A model generated the notes under the pieces. It was not told where the DNA came from and did no database searches. It saw only the letters and a list, made by a program, of their open reading frames with translations. A stretch of DNA of 64,000 nt from NCBI GenBank assembly GCA_963778115.1, contig CAVZSV010000005.1:160001-224000 (forward strand), written 5' to 3'. The position numbers and the translations under genes were made by a program. The stretch comes from an uncultured delta proteobacterium. GTDB lineage: Bacteria; Bdellovibrionota; FAC87; UBA2466. The first letter of the stretch is position 1. The number at the start of each line of letters is the position of its first letter. Of this stretch, positions 50,638 to 58,619 are shown piece by piece.

Positions 50638-50922
50638 CTAATAGGAATGTCTAGGACGCTCGATCTGGCAGAGGTTCAAAGACCCTGAGGTTTCTTGCTG
50701 AAAGTATTTTGCGATTTGAAGACAGTCATCCCTGCAATCATCTTCTTCTTCGCCATCTCTGACACACTGATCGAGACAGGTTGTTCCCGAGCTACAATCG
50801 GAGCCGACACAGATGGGATGGCTCACTTGATCTTGGTTTTGGTTGGCAACATCATCGGCCAAGCAGGCCACGGTGACCAACGCTAAAGCGAAAAGAACCA
50901 GTCCGGAAAGCGAAATTCGCAT
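50638..50922 (-). CDS. Small secreted Cys-rich protein
   Basis: GGGGGAG RBS before ATG 50922; signal peptide; CLDQC and CRDDC motifs. Confidence 0.6.
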   Translation of the reverse strand: MRISLSGLVLFALALVTVACLADDVANQNQDQVSHPICVGSDCSSGTTCLDQCVRDGEEEDDCRDDCLQIAKYFQQETSGSLNLCQIERPRHSY

Positions 50923-51038
50923 ACTCCCCCCTACCGCGATATCCCAATAAGGATCGTAGAAGAAGAGTGTGCAGCAATAGTGAAACAATCTTTGCGTTTT
51001 GCGGGAATGCTTTTAAGAAACCATTAGATTTTTAAAAG

Positions 51039-51182
51039 CTATCTGGCTTGAGCTTCGAGCTGGTGGACATGAAGACCGGCATCGCTCCAGCCCATCGATT
51101 CTGACTTTGCGTGTGTATTTTCAATAAGTTGGGTGAAAATGAGGGCCCCTACCAATACCAGTGCCGTGATAAAGTAACGCAT
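51039..51182 (-). CDS. 47-aa secreted/membrane microprotein (not in the ORF track)
   Basis: GGAGG RBS; MRYFITALVLVGALIFTQLIENTHAKSESMGWSDAGLHVHQLEAQAR*; upstream sigma54 motif. Confidence 0.6.
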   Translation of the reverse strand: MRYFITALVLVGALIFTQLIENTHAKSESMGWSDAGLHVHQLEAQAR

Positions 51183-51222
51183 CAATACCTCCGTAACTGC
51201 TTTGCTTATAGCTTAATGGCTT

Positions 51223-51238
51223 TGCAACCCGCGTGCCC
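51223..51238 (-). promoter_or_regulatory. Probable sigma54 promoter
   Basis: GGGCAC-GCGGG-TTGCA about 40 bp upstream of ATG 51182. Confidence 0.55.
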
Positions 51239-51390
51239 CGGGCACTTAGCTTGGCGGAGGGATCTTTTGCCGCAAAACGCTGCAGGTCTTGGGTTCGTTT
51301 TTCAGCCAACCTCCTTAGATCGTAGCGATTTGCGAAGGGAACTTTTTTTTCTGAGCCTTTCGCGGTTTTTCCGCTATATCTACGCGTTGC

Positions 51391-52536
51391 ATGGAAGCGA
51401 TTCCCCCTATTCAGGTCCTTAGAAACTCTCCCCATCCGTGGTTCCTATGGAAGGACGTGACCAAGCCACAGGCTCGGGTTCCCCCGGGATCGGTCGTTGA
51501 GATTATCGACAGATCGGGACAGTGGCTGGGGCGAGGTTTTTATAATGGCCACGCCCGAATTCGGCTTCGGGTATTAACTCGATCGGCGGGGGAAGCCGTT
51601 GATAAGACTTTTTTTGAAACCAGGCTCGAGCGAGCCTTGGAATGGCGGCAGCGGTTGCGGCTGGCGGAGGTCACCAATACCTACCGTGTCGTAAACGCGG
51701 AAGGGGACGGTCTTGGCGGGTTGGTGATCGATCGTTTTGATGACCTGTGGGTCATCGAATATTTTTCGGCGGGAATGTATCGCTTTCGCACGGTCATAAA
51801 AGAGGTCTTATCCAAACACTTCCCCACGGCTTGCTTTTATGAATTTGCCGAACGACACATCCAAAAGCAGGAATCGTTTGATTGCCGAGCGCAAGAACTT
51901 CCTCCGACTCGGTTGGTTAGGGAATATGGTGTGAACTTTGAAGTGGTCCCGGGCTCTTTGCACAAGACCGGATTTTTCACCGATCAGAGAGATAATCGCC
52001 AAAAGGTCGCCGAATGGAGTAGGGGAAAGACGATTTTAGATATCTGCAGCCATAGTGGTGGATTTGCCATTGCAGCTCTTAAAGCGGGCGCGACCCGAGC
52101 GGTGGGTTTAGATAAGGATCCTGCTTCGATTGAGATTGCTGCCCGAAATGCATCGCTCAACGAAGTGAAAGGGGAATGGATAAATGCCGATCTTCTGGAT
52201 TGGCTGCCTGCCTCGCCGGAAACCTTCGATACCGTAGTATTGGACCCCCCGAAACAGACCCGATCGCGGGAGGGTTTAGCGTTTGCCCTTAAGAACTATT
52301 ATGAAATGAATCGACTCGCTTTGCGTCGGGTGGCCCCGGGAGGGATCTTATTTACGTGCTCCTGTACGGGATTGGTAAAAGAATCACAGTTCTTGGAGGC
52401 CTTTGCCCAGGCCGCTACGGCGAGTCGTCGCCAAGTTCAGATCTTTCACTTAAGTGGAGCAGGTGCAGATCATCCCTTTTTGGCGGATGTTCCGGAAGGC
52501 AGGTATCTCAAAGCCATTGCTTCCCGAGTGGTGTGA
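51391..52536 (+). CDS. rlmI: Class I SAM-dependent rRNA methyltransferase (RlmI-like)
   Basis: HPW PUA-like N-terminus, EGDGLGGLVIDRF, HKTGFFTDQRDNR, VVLDPP, YLK. Confidence 0.8.
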   Translation: MEAIPPIQVLRNSPHPWFLWKDVTKPQARVPPGSVVEIIDRSGQWLGRGFYNGHARIRLRVLTRSAGEAVDKTFFETRLERALEWRQRLRLAEVTNTYRVVNAEGDGLGGLVIDRFDDLWVIEYFSAGMYRFRTVIKEVLSKHFPTACFYEFAERHIQKQESFDCRAQELPPTRLVREYGVNFEVVPGSLHKTGFFTDQRDNRQKVAEWSRGKTILDICSHSGGFAIAALKAGATRAVGLDKDPASIEIAARNASLNEVKGEWINADLLDWLPASPETFDTVVLDPPKQTRSREGLAFALKNYYEMNRLALRRVAPGGILFTCSCTGLVKESQFLEAFAQAATASRRQVQIFHLSGAGADHPFLADVPEGRYLKAIASRVV

Positions 52537-52540
52537 GACT

Positions 52541-53614
52541 TTAGTATCTGGCCACTTTATCATCCACTTCGAGCGACCATCGATCGATGCCACCGGTTAA
52601 ATTAGCGACATTGTTGTAGCCCATTTTACGAAGAAAGTTGGCGGCCTGGCGGCTGCGCATTCCGTGGTGGCAGAGGGCTACGATAGTCTGTGAGGGATCG
52701 AGCTCCTTGTAGCGGATCTCTAATTCGCTCAAAGGAATCAGTTTCCCTCCGATATTGGCGGTTGCGAATTCATCGGGTTCGCGAACATCGAGAATGACGA
52801 TAGCAGTTCCACTATCGAGTTGGGCTTTGAGTTCCTTGGGAGAGATCTCTTTCGTTTTGCTAAAAAACATGGGCGGTTCTCCTGAAATGCTACGTTGGGT
52901 TTTCGGCCTACAAACGCAATCCCCGTTGGGACCAATTTCAAAGGTGCTAAGTCGCGATTGAGTCGCATCCCAAAGCATTAGTTTACCCATACTTGTAGTG
53001 TCGCCTAGAAGAAATTTAATCGCTTCGGAACTTTGTAGCATTCCTATCATTCCGGGCACCACCCCGACCACTCCTACCTGCCCACAAGGGGGGGCTAACT
53101 CAATGGGGGGAGCTTCGGGGTAAAGGCAGCGGTAGCACGCCCCCCCGCTTGAGTTAAAGATCGCGACTTGGCCGGTAAACTCAAAGACGCTCCCCACGAT
53201 CAAAGGGACTCGGTACTTGAGGCAGGTATCATTTAACAGATAGCGGGTTGAAAGGTTATCGCTCCCATCGATGACCAGATCGTATTGGGCAACGATGGAG
53301 GCGTTGGCTTCGGTAAGACGCGGATGCCGGTTGAAATGAGTCGACGGAGAGACTTCGCTCAGTCTGCAAGCTGCGGCTTCGGCCTTTGGCCGTTTCAAAT
53401 CGGCTTGGGTATAAAGCGTCTGGCGGTGGAGATTAGAGAATTCCACGACATCCGAATCGGCGAGCCCCAAGGTCCCAATGCCCGCCGCGGCAAGATACAA
53501 AGAAGAAGGGCAACCCAGGCCTCCTAGTCCGACTAAGAGGACTTTGGCCTGACTAAGCCGCTGCTGTCCGTCTGCCCCAATGAGGCTTTTTTGGCGTTCG
53601 TATCTATCGTTCAC
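52541..53614 (-). CDS. moeB: MoeB/ThiF adenylyltransferase with a C-terminal rhodanese domain (MoeZ-like)
   Basis: GLGGLGCP, SNLHRQ, DGSDN, CYRC; rhodanese LDVREPDE, CHHGMRS, GGIDRW. Confidence 0.88.
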   Translation of the reverse strand: MNDRYERQKSLIGADGQQRLSQAKVLLVGLGGLGCPSSLYLAAAGIGTLGLADSDVVEFSNLHRQTLYTQADLKRPKAEAAACRLSEVSPSTHFNRHPRLTEANASIVAQYDLVIDGSDNLSTRYLLNDTCLKYRVPLIVGSVFEFTGQVAIFNSSGGACYRCLYPEAPPIELAPPCGQVGVVGVVPGMIGMLQSSEAIKFLLGDTTSMGKLMLWDATQSRLSTFEIGPNGDCVCRPKTQRSISGEPPMFFSKTKEISPKELKAQLDSGTAIVILDVREPDEFATANIGGKLIPLSELEIRYKELDPSQTIVALCHHGMRSRQAANFLRKMGYNNVANLTGGIDRWSLEVDDKVARY

Positions 53615-53727
53615 TTCACTGGTTTACACCGGTCCATGGTCTGAAGCTAGGCCATCACAAGATTGGCACATGGAGCAAAATCCGGACGCAGGGGAGTGTC
53701 TCAAGGCTGAGAATGTCCCGGAACGGC

Positions 53728-53743
53728 TGGCACACCTTCTGCA
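53728..53743 (+). promoter_or_regulatory. Possible sigma54 promoter upstream of the enhancer-binding protein gene
   Basis: TGGCAC-ACCTT-CTGCA; a TCTCA-N4-TGAGA palindrome lies just upstream at 53699-53712. Confidence 0.5.
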
Positions 53744-53790
53744 CTGCAGAATCCCGTTAGTCATTCGTCATATATCGGGGAGAGAGAAGG

Positions 53791-54813
53791 ATGGTCCACA
53801 GCAATCAAGACGTTGGAATTATCGGCACCGAGCCATCGATTGTGCGTGCCAAAGAGTTGGTCGTTAAGGCTCAGGGCTTAAGGATACTCTTCGTAGGGGA
53901 GACAGGAGTGGGGAAGACCCCTTTTGCTAGGTACTCCAATCGAGTGATGAGAGAGGTTTCCGATAAAGAGCGTCCCTTTGAGCAAATCAACTGCGCCTGT
54001 TTGAGTCCGGAGCATTTTCAAGATCAACTATTCGGCCATAAGCGGGGCGCTTTTACCGGAGCTATCTCAGACAAAAAGGGGTTAGTGGAAATCGCTCGCG
54101 GAGGGGATCTGTTTCTGGATGAAATCGGCGACATGCCACTAGAGACTCAAAGCCATTTTCTCACCTTTCTAGACACGATGGAGTACTACCCTTTGGGAGA
54201 AGACCGAAAACGAAAAGCGGAGGTAAGAGTCCTGTGTGCCACCAACTGTAATCTCAAAGCGTTGGTGGAATTAGGCAAGTTCCGCAAGGATTTATACTCA
54301 AGAATTTCCCAAGTGATTGTAGAGATTCCTCCGTTGCGAGAACGCCCGGGTGACATCGCTGCTTTGTTCCGACACTTTATCCAAGTCTTCGCTGGAGGTC
54401 CCAAGCGATATGACGAGGCAATCATTTCCCTCATGGAAAGCTATTCGTGGAAAGAGGGTAACGTCCGAGAGCTGCGGGATGCGGTGGAGTATTTATGCCT
54501 GATGGCAAGTTCTAGTGAGTGCATCGCGATTAGCCACATGGCGGACAGGTTCCGCAGCCATCATGAAAGAAATAATTCCGATTACCAGGCGAAAATGGAG
54601 GATGTCTCTTTTGCTTCGAAGTTTGGGTTGGAACACTACCTAGAGCGCATCGAAAAGAGTCTTTTGGAAAAGTGTTTGACGAAAAATTCAGGCTCTTTGG
54701 AAAAAATGGCCCGTCAGCTACGCATCTCGCGCCCCACACTTTATCGAAGGCTAAAAAAATACGATATATTGGGAACAAAAGGGTACGAAGCCGACTTTGT
54801 GTTGGTGGGGTAA
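53791..54813 (+). CDS. Sigma54-dependent enhancer-binding protein (AAA+ and Fis HTH) with no N-terminal regulatory domain
   Basis: [53 protein letters not shown]. Confidence 0.92.
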   Translation: MVHSNQDVGIIGTEPSIVRAKELVVKAQGLRILFVGETGVGKTPFARYSNRVMREVSDKERPFEQINCACLSPEHFQDQLFGHKRGAFTGAISDKKGLVEIARGGDLFLDEIGDMPLETQSHFLTFLDTMEYYPLGEDRKRKAEVRVLCATNCNLKALVELGKFRKDLYSRISQVIVEIPPLRERPGDIAALFRHFIQVFAGGPKRYDEAIISLMESYSWKEGNVRELRDAVEYLCLMASSSECIAISHMADRFRSHHERNNSDYQAKMEDVSFASKFGLEHYLERIEKSLLEKCLTKNSGSLEKMARQLRISRPTLYRRLKKYDILGTKGYEADFVLVG

Positions 54814-54855
54814 TCAATCCCGCTGTCATTAGATTTTGTTTTTTTTGTATCGTCA

Positions 54856-55455
54856 TTACATTTCCAACTTATCAAACCGTGTGGCTTGCTCAACTTTAAC
54901 GGGCGCGGCAGTAGCCGGGGCTTGGGTTGCAACCGGAAGTGGTGCAGAGTGCTTCGTCGTAACAACCGACGGGGACAAAATTCGTTGAGTCTGTCTAAGT
55001 TCTTTCGGAATCGCCAGTGCCTGAAGCGTGCAATCGATAAAAGTAATGGCTTTATCCTGGAAAAGAGCGCTTAACTCCCCGGTTCCCTCTAAAAATAGAC
55101 AGTCTTCAAAGATCAAACTGTTTTGCGAACTCACCGAACGAACCTCTACAAAGCGGCAGTTGTCGAAAGTGCAGCGGACAAAGCGAGTCGCCTGAAAGGT
55201 GCAATCCGTTATCAGCGTATCTTTGAAATAGGCGTTGCGAAAGCTCACACAAGTAAAGTCGCTGCGCTCCAGATGAGATTCTACGAACCTAGCCCCCTCA
55301 AAGGTGCTCTGTGCCGCCGTGACTCCGGCCAGTGTCGATTGGATCACACTCAAGGCGCAGAGAGTTTTGTCGACGAGATGGCTTCTTGCTATCTCAGTGC
55401 GAACTAGGGGCCCTTGACTGCAGTGACTTAAATCATATTTGTCGTACCCGTTCAT
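54856..55455 (-). CDS. Pentapeptide-repeat protein, last gene of the CIS operon
   Basis: STFEG-ARFVE-SHLER-SDFTC-VSFRN-AYFKD-TLITD-CTFQA-TRFVR-CTFDN-CRFVE periodicity; ATGA overlap with the hub gene. Confidence 0.8.
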   Translation of the reverse strand: MNGYDKYDLSHCSQGPLVRTEIARSHLVDKTLCALSVIQSTLAGVTAAQSTFEGARFVESHLERSDFTCVSFRNAYFKDTLITDCTFQATRFVRCTFDNCRFVEVRSVSSQNSLIFEDCLFLEGTGELSALFQDKAITFIDCTLQALAIPKELRQTQRILSPSVVTTKHSAPLPVATQAPATAAPVKVEQATRFDKLEM

Positions 55456-56471
55456 GGCCGAATCGCCTCCATGTCCATGCGAGGGGCTGAACCCGCTGCG
55501 GTAATCTTGCAGCTCTTGATGAGATAGTTTCCCTCGTGTTGTGTTGAAACTGCCCCATTTTTGATCTTGATGCGATCTCCAGGAAGGCCCACGGGCTCAA
55601 AAACGGAGAGTTTAATGCTCTCTTGCTCCATGAGTTTCTTTGAGAGCTGATTCTTTAGCAGTTGCTCACCCGATTCAAAATGGTAATTCTCGTTCACGTG
55701 GGCTTCGTAGCTGCCCTTGGCATTCTTCCACGTCGTCTTATCTCGATAGCTACTGTGATCTTTAAAATTACTGAGCGGGCTGTAAAGATCATTAGCCCCC
55801 ATGCGTTTTTCTTTTGATTCCAGAGAATGCTGGTCCAAATACTTAAAATTTACTTGAGAATAGTAGTGGTCCGCCGACTGGCCATAACTTACGTTGGTCA
55901 CCTGACTTTGGGAAGTCGTCTCTACGTCCTTCACGTAACTCCCTACTTTTAAAAAACAGATTTGTCCCGAAGTGGACTTGATAAAAAAATAAAAGCCAAA
56001 CTCCTGCGCCAGAGTTGTAAGATGGTCTAATAGCGAAGGGCCGGTCAGATTAAGCGAGGGGACTTGTTCACCAAAATTTCCGATGTAGCGGGTCTGGAGT
56101 CCTATCTTGGCGGTTAATTTGTCCAAACATTCGCCCAGAGTTTGTTGCTTAAAGAAAATATTTTCGTGAGATTTCTGCGCTCCGAAAAGAGCGTCTCGGT
56201 AGCTTAGACGTAACCGGTGAGGGTCCAGGTGGGTGAGACCTGTGAGATTTCCCTTAAACAAGGTCCTATCCGCCCACAGAAATGAGGCCTCTTGAGGAAT
56301 CTCCCGGGACGCCAGGCGGCTTATGTCCTGGGGAGAAAGACTTACGACCGCCTCTAAAGTGGCGCTCTGATCTAACGTCAATAGGACCTCCACGGAAGAA
56401 ACGCTTTTTGCGATCTTTGCACTTCCTAGATCCCACCGAAAAGTAGCTCGGGATGAGTGGCTAGCCTCCAT
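55452..56471 (-). CDS. Baseplate hub protein (gp27/gpD/VgrG N-terminal-like), divergent, no gp5 spike domain
   Basis: LFKGNLTGL, ENIFFKQQT, LDHLTTLAQEFGFYFF, PGDRIKI..HEGNYLIKS pattern typical of gpD/VgrG hubs; CIS context. Confidence 0.65.
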   Translation of the reverse strand: MEASHSSRATFRWDLGSAKIAKSVSSVEVLLTLDQSATLEAVVSLSPQDISRLASREIPQEASFLWADRTLFKGNLTGLTHLDPHRLRLSYRDALFGAQKSHENIFFKQQTLGECLDKLTAKIGLQTRYIGNFGEQVPSLNLTGPSLLDHLTTLAQEFGFYFFIKSTSGQICFLKVGSYVKDVETTSQSQVTNVSYGQSADHYYSQVNFKYLDQHSLESKEKRMGANDLYSPLSNFKDHSSYRDKTTWKNAKGSYEAHVNENYHFESGEQLLKNQLSKKLMEQESIKLSVFEPVGLPGDRIKIKNGAVSTQHEGNYLIKSCKITAAGSAPRMDMEAIRP

Positions 56472-57261
56472 GAGCAAATCCCCCCTTCGTCATGGGAATG
56501 GCCGATTGAGACACGATCTTTCCATTGACCAAGACTTTAATGTTCCATCGGTGGGCTACCGTCGTCAAAAGATGGACCTCGGCGGGGTTGGCATTGGTAA
56601 CTTGGTGTGATCGGGGATCGATAAAGTAGGTCATGAGGTTCAAATAACCGGAATAACCGATGGAGCCCAGAGCGCCTACGACTTCAAGAGAGTCGTCTAA
56701 AAATCCGGGCATCATTAGATGACGGATCAAAAGCCCATGAGTTAGTTTTCCCGATTCGTTGAGATGGGAAAAGCCATGCGTTGTTAAAAGTGTCTCGATG
56801 GCGCGAATTGCGGTTGTGCCATAGTGAGTGGGAAGGTTAACCGATTTAGCCTGTTCCATTCCGAAGACTTTAAAATCGGGAACGATAATATCACCCAACG
56901 AGGCCATCGATTCGATGAGTTTGATGCCTTCAAAGCCACTTATTTTAAGCACAATCGGCAGAAGTTTTCCATAATTCTGCTTAATCTTAAACACGGGTTT
57001 GGCTAATTGCCCCCAAAAATGAGAGGGGGAGATGAGATTAAGGTTTCGGGCGCCTCGCATGACGAGATCCTCAACGAGATGAGTAAAACCCTCACTCGTA
57101 TAGGTCTGCCCTAACTCGTAACGGCTTGTTTCTGGCGTATAGCAAAAATTACAGGCCAGATGGCAACCGGTGAAAGTGATCATGCCGGAGCTTTGGTTGC
57201 CGGCAACAATCTTCTCTTCTCCTAGATGGATACCGCTTTTATAGATCTTTATCGCTTTCAT
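56461..57261 (-). CDS. Radical SAM protein, PflX-like
   Basis: HLGEE, CxxxCxxC (GCHLACNFC), GARNLNLISPSH, PDFK, GLLIRHLMMPG. Confidence 0.85.
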   Translation of the reverse strand: MKAIKIYKSGIHLGEEKIVAGNQSSGMITFTGCHLACNFCYTPETSRYELGQTYTSEGFTHLVEDLVMRGARNLNLISPSHFWGQLAKPVFKIKQNYGKLLPIVLKISGFEGIKLIESMASLGDIIVPDFKVFGMEQAKSVNLPTHYGTTAIRAIETLLTTHGFSHLNESGKLTHGLLIRHLMMPGFLDDSLEVVGALGSIGYSGYLNLMTYFIDPRSHQVTNANPAEVHLLTTVAHRWNIKVLVNGKIVSQSAIPMTKGGFAHGG

Positions 57262-57404
57262 GGCTCTTCTCCAGGCGTCTGCGGGAAATATTCATTCAAA
57301 AGTTTTCTGACCTCGTCCCATAGGTCGGTCACAATGAGATCCCCATCGGGCTGAATATAGATTCGGGTTACTACCGCTTTCTTATCGGAGTTTGCGTCAC
57401 TCAT
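57258..57404 (-). CDS. 48-aa microprotein (not in the ORF track)
   Basis: MSDANSDKKAVVTRIYIQPDGDLIVTDLWDEVRKLLNEYFPQTPGEEP*; ATGA overlaps at both ends fill the gap exactly. Confidence 0.75.
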   Translation of the reverse strand: MSDANSDKKAVVTRIYIQPDGDLIVTDLWDEVRKLLNEYFPQTPGEEP

Positions 57405-57610
57405 GTTTTCTCCGACTCTGAGAGCACCGGGGAAGCCTCTGTGCCTTCCACGGCATGGTAATAGCTATCGGTATAGGTCTTGCGGGCAATGACGCCTAAA
57501 GCGCTTTCAAAGGGTTCGGTCATTTTTTCACATTCGTTCCCTTGGGCTCCCTGTACGCGAATTTCAACTTCACCGTTGGAATCGATATGAAAAGTTACTT
57601 TTTTTACCAT
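57401..57610 (-). CDS. DUF2997-family protein
   Basis: MVKKVTFHIDSNGEVEIRVQGAQGNECEKMTEPFESALG...YY pattern; adjacent to DUF1257. Confidence 0.82.
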   Translation of the reverse strand: MVKKVTFHIDSNGEVEIRVQGAQGNECEKMTEPFESALGVIARKTYTDSYYHAVEGTEASPVLSESEKT

Positions 57611-57999
57611 TGGGTCACCACCATTTCGATGCTGTTTTGGGTTTCGTCCTCCACACATTGGATATCGTATCCTTGGGTCTTTGCGATCTCTTGGATGGCG
57701 GTTTTGGCGTAAGATCGTTTAAGACCTCTTAAGAAGTCCTCCTGAGTAATGCCCGCTACTTTGGGCATCAGTTCCCAGTCACCGACCACCTGATAGTTTC
57801 CCTCTTCGTCACGGACAAACCCGATATCGTAATGGGTGCGAGTCAGAATTTTGAACTCCGCGGGCAAAGTATTTCCGAAATAGCCTCGAACGACTCGCCC
57901 CTCTTCGTTATCGACAATGGTGTGGCCCATAGCGAGCAAAGCCTTCTTTAGGACCTGGCGATTGCTAAGACGGGTTTTAACTTCCGAGAAATGGGACAT
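57604..57999 (-). CDS. DUF1257 (Ycf35-like) protein
   Basis: MSHFSEVKT..LKKAL, VRGYFG, YDIGF, YQVVGDW, YA...GY, terminal W. Confidence 0.88.
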   Translation of the reverse strand: MSHFSEVKTRLSNRQVLKKALLAMGHTIVDNEEGRVVRGYFGNTLPAEFKILTRTHYDIGFVRDEEGNYQVVGDWELMPKVAGITQEDFLRGLKRSYAKTAIQEIAKTQGYDIQCVEDETQNSIEMVVTQW

Positions 58000-58619
58000 T
58001 ACAGCCTCCTCTTTTGCAAACGCACGGGGCCAGACAGATCGAAATAGCAGCTTTCAACAAGGGCTCTCTCTTTGGGATTCGCGACGAGTACCGAATATCC
58101 TTCTGGAACAAAGTGGCTGGCGGTTTGTCGGAACTCTAGAATTCGCGCGTCCGGGCACGGGCGATCTAGTTGGACAAAGACGATTCTATTTTCATCAGCA
58201 GATTCCACAAGGGATAGGGGAAAGCTTTGCCTTTTTACTAAGCGATCTCGTTGGTATGGCCTTCCACGCGTCACTGAGATTTGCCCAAAATAGAGCCGCC
58301 CTAAAAGCTCCAGCGATCGTAGCGTTCCCTTACTCTCAAAGAGTCTGGGAAGGAGGTCAAAGAGATCCGAAATCTCCGATTCTCCTAAAGTGCTGTATTC
58401 AAACCCATAGCTTTCAAGGGTCGCACGCTGTTGCGAATCGTCGAAACTTCTAGGGTTAAGCGAGTAAGAGATTTGGTGGCTAATGACTAAAAGCTCGAAG
58501 GCCAAAGTATCTAGACTCTCCGCCAGAGGATGGGAAGTGTCACTTCCTAGCCCCAAATCCATTTTGAAATAGTCGGGATAGTGGCTACTCGGTAAAAAAG
58601 AGGACGGGCGCTTACCCAT
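57999..58619 (-). CDS. Baseplate wedge / phage tail protein I-like protein (divergent)
   Basis: FLPSSHYPDYF, LNPRS and LFESKGTLRSLE resemble tail-I/Afp12 motifs; follows the baseplate J-like gene. Confidence 0.6.
   Translation of the reverse strand: MGKRPSSFLPSSHYPDYFKMDLGLGSDTSHPLAESLDTLAFELLVISHQISYSLNPRSFDDSQQRATLESYGFEYSTLGESEISDLFDLLPRLFESKGTLRSLELLGRLYFGQISVTRGRPYQRDRLVKRQSFPLSLVESADENRIVFVQLDRPCPDARILEFRQTASHFVPEGYSVLVANPKERALVESCYFDLSGPVRLQKRRL

Noticed and set aside
51111..51435. ORFs 51111..51422 (+) and 51121..51435 (-)
   Set aside because: No recognisable motifs or RBS; they overlap the rlmI-like start and the better-supported 47-aa ORF and its promoter
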